Shown here: positions 19,925 to 20,000 of the stretch, in pieces
How the letters are laid out: every line of letters starts with the position of its first letter
How positions within the stretch are numbered: position 1 is the stretch's first letter
From: Catajapyx aquilonaris
Lineage: Eukaryota
Assembly (NCBI GenBank): GCA_000934665.2
Contig: KZ538938.1
Coordinates: 58,320 to 78,319, forward strand
Direction of reading: 5' to 3'
DNA: 20,000 nucleotides
Translations under genes and position numbers: made by a program
Notes under the pieces: model-generated
The model's database searches: none
Told to the model about the DNA's origin: nothing
The model's input: only the letters and a program-made list of their open reading frames with translations

Positions 19925-20000
<76 letters not shown>
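19925..20000. repeat. (AAT)n microsatellite running off the window end
   Basis: Direct reading. Confidence 0.97.

Overview
Eukaryotic (animal, probably invertebrate) genomic DNA, dense in transposons, with three spliced housekeeping genes. SRP9 is complete on + (3 coding exons, 77 aa, 8473-10107). The 5' coding exons of a probable RPA2/RPA32 lie on - (7611-7877), head-to-head with SRP9 across a short GC-rich promoter with an E2F-type site. The last two coding exons of a TAF6L-like gene lie on - (17914-18300, 12849-13427), converging on SRP9. The most informative element is a full-length 3.3-kb Sola2-type DNA transposon (1094-4424; 13-bp TIRs, AGGG target duplication). Its ~586-aa DDD transposase is broken by what looks like a single 1-bp deletion, and it sits tail-to-tail with its own internally deleted derivative (1-748). 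The rest is nested insertions: hAT-Charlie, Harbinger, piggyBac, Tc1/mariner and Tigger-like MITEs, a foldback element, an unassigned long-TIR MITE, and two tRNA-derived SINE families with a shared 3' tail. I see no convincing wholly new biological system. The best leads are the nearly intact Sola2 pair, the unclassified long-TIR elements, the shared SINE tails, a possible microexon or recursive splice site in RPA2, and exon-like segments antisense in the TAF6L intron. All family and gene assignments are from motif recognition, not database searches.
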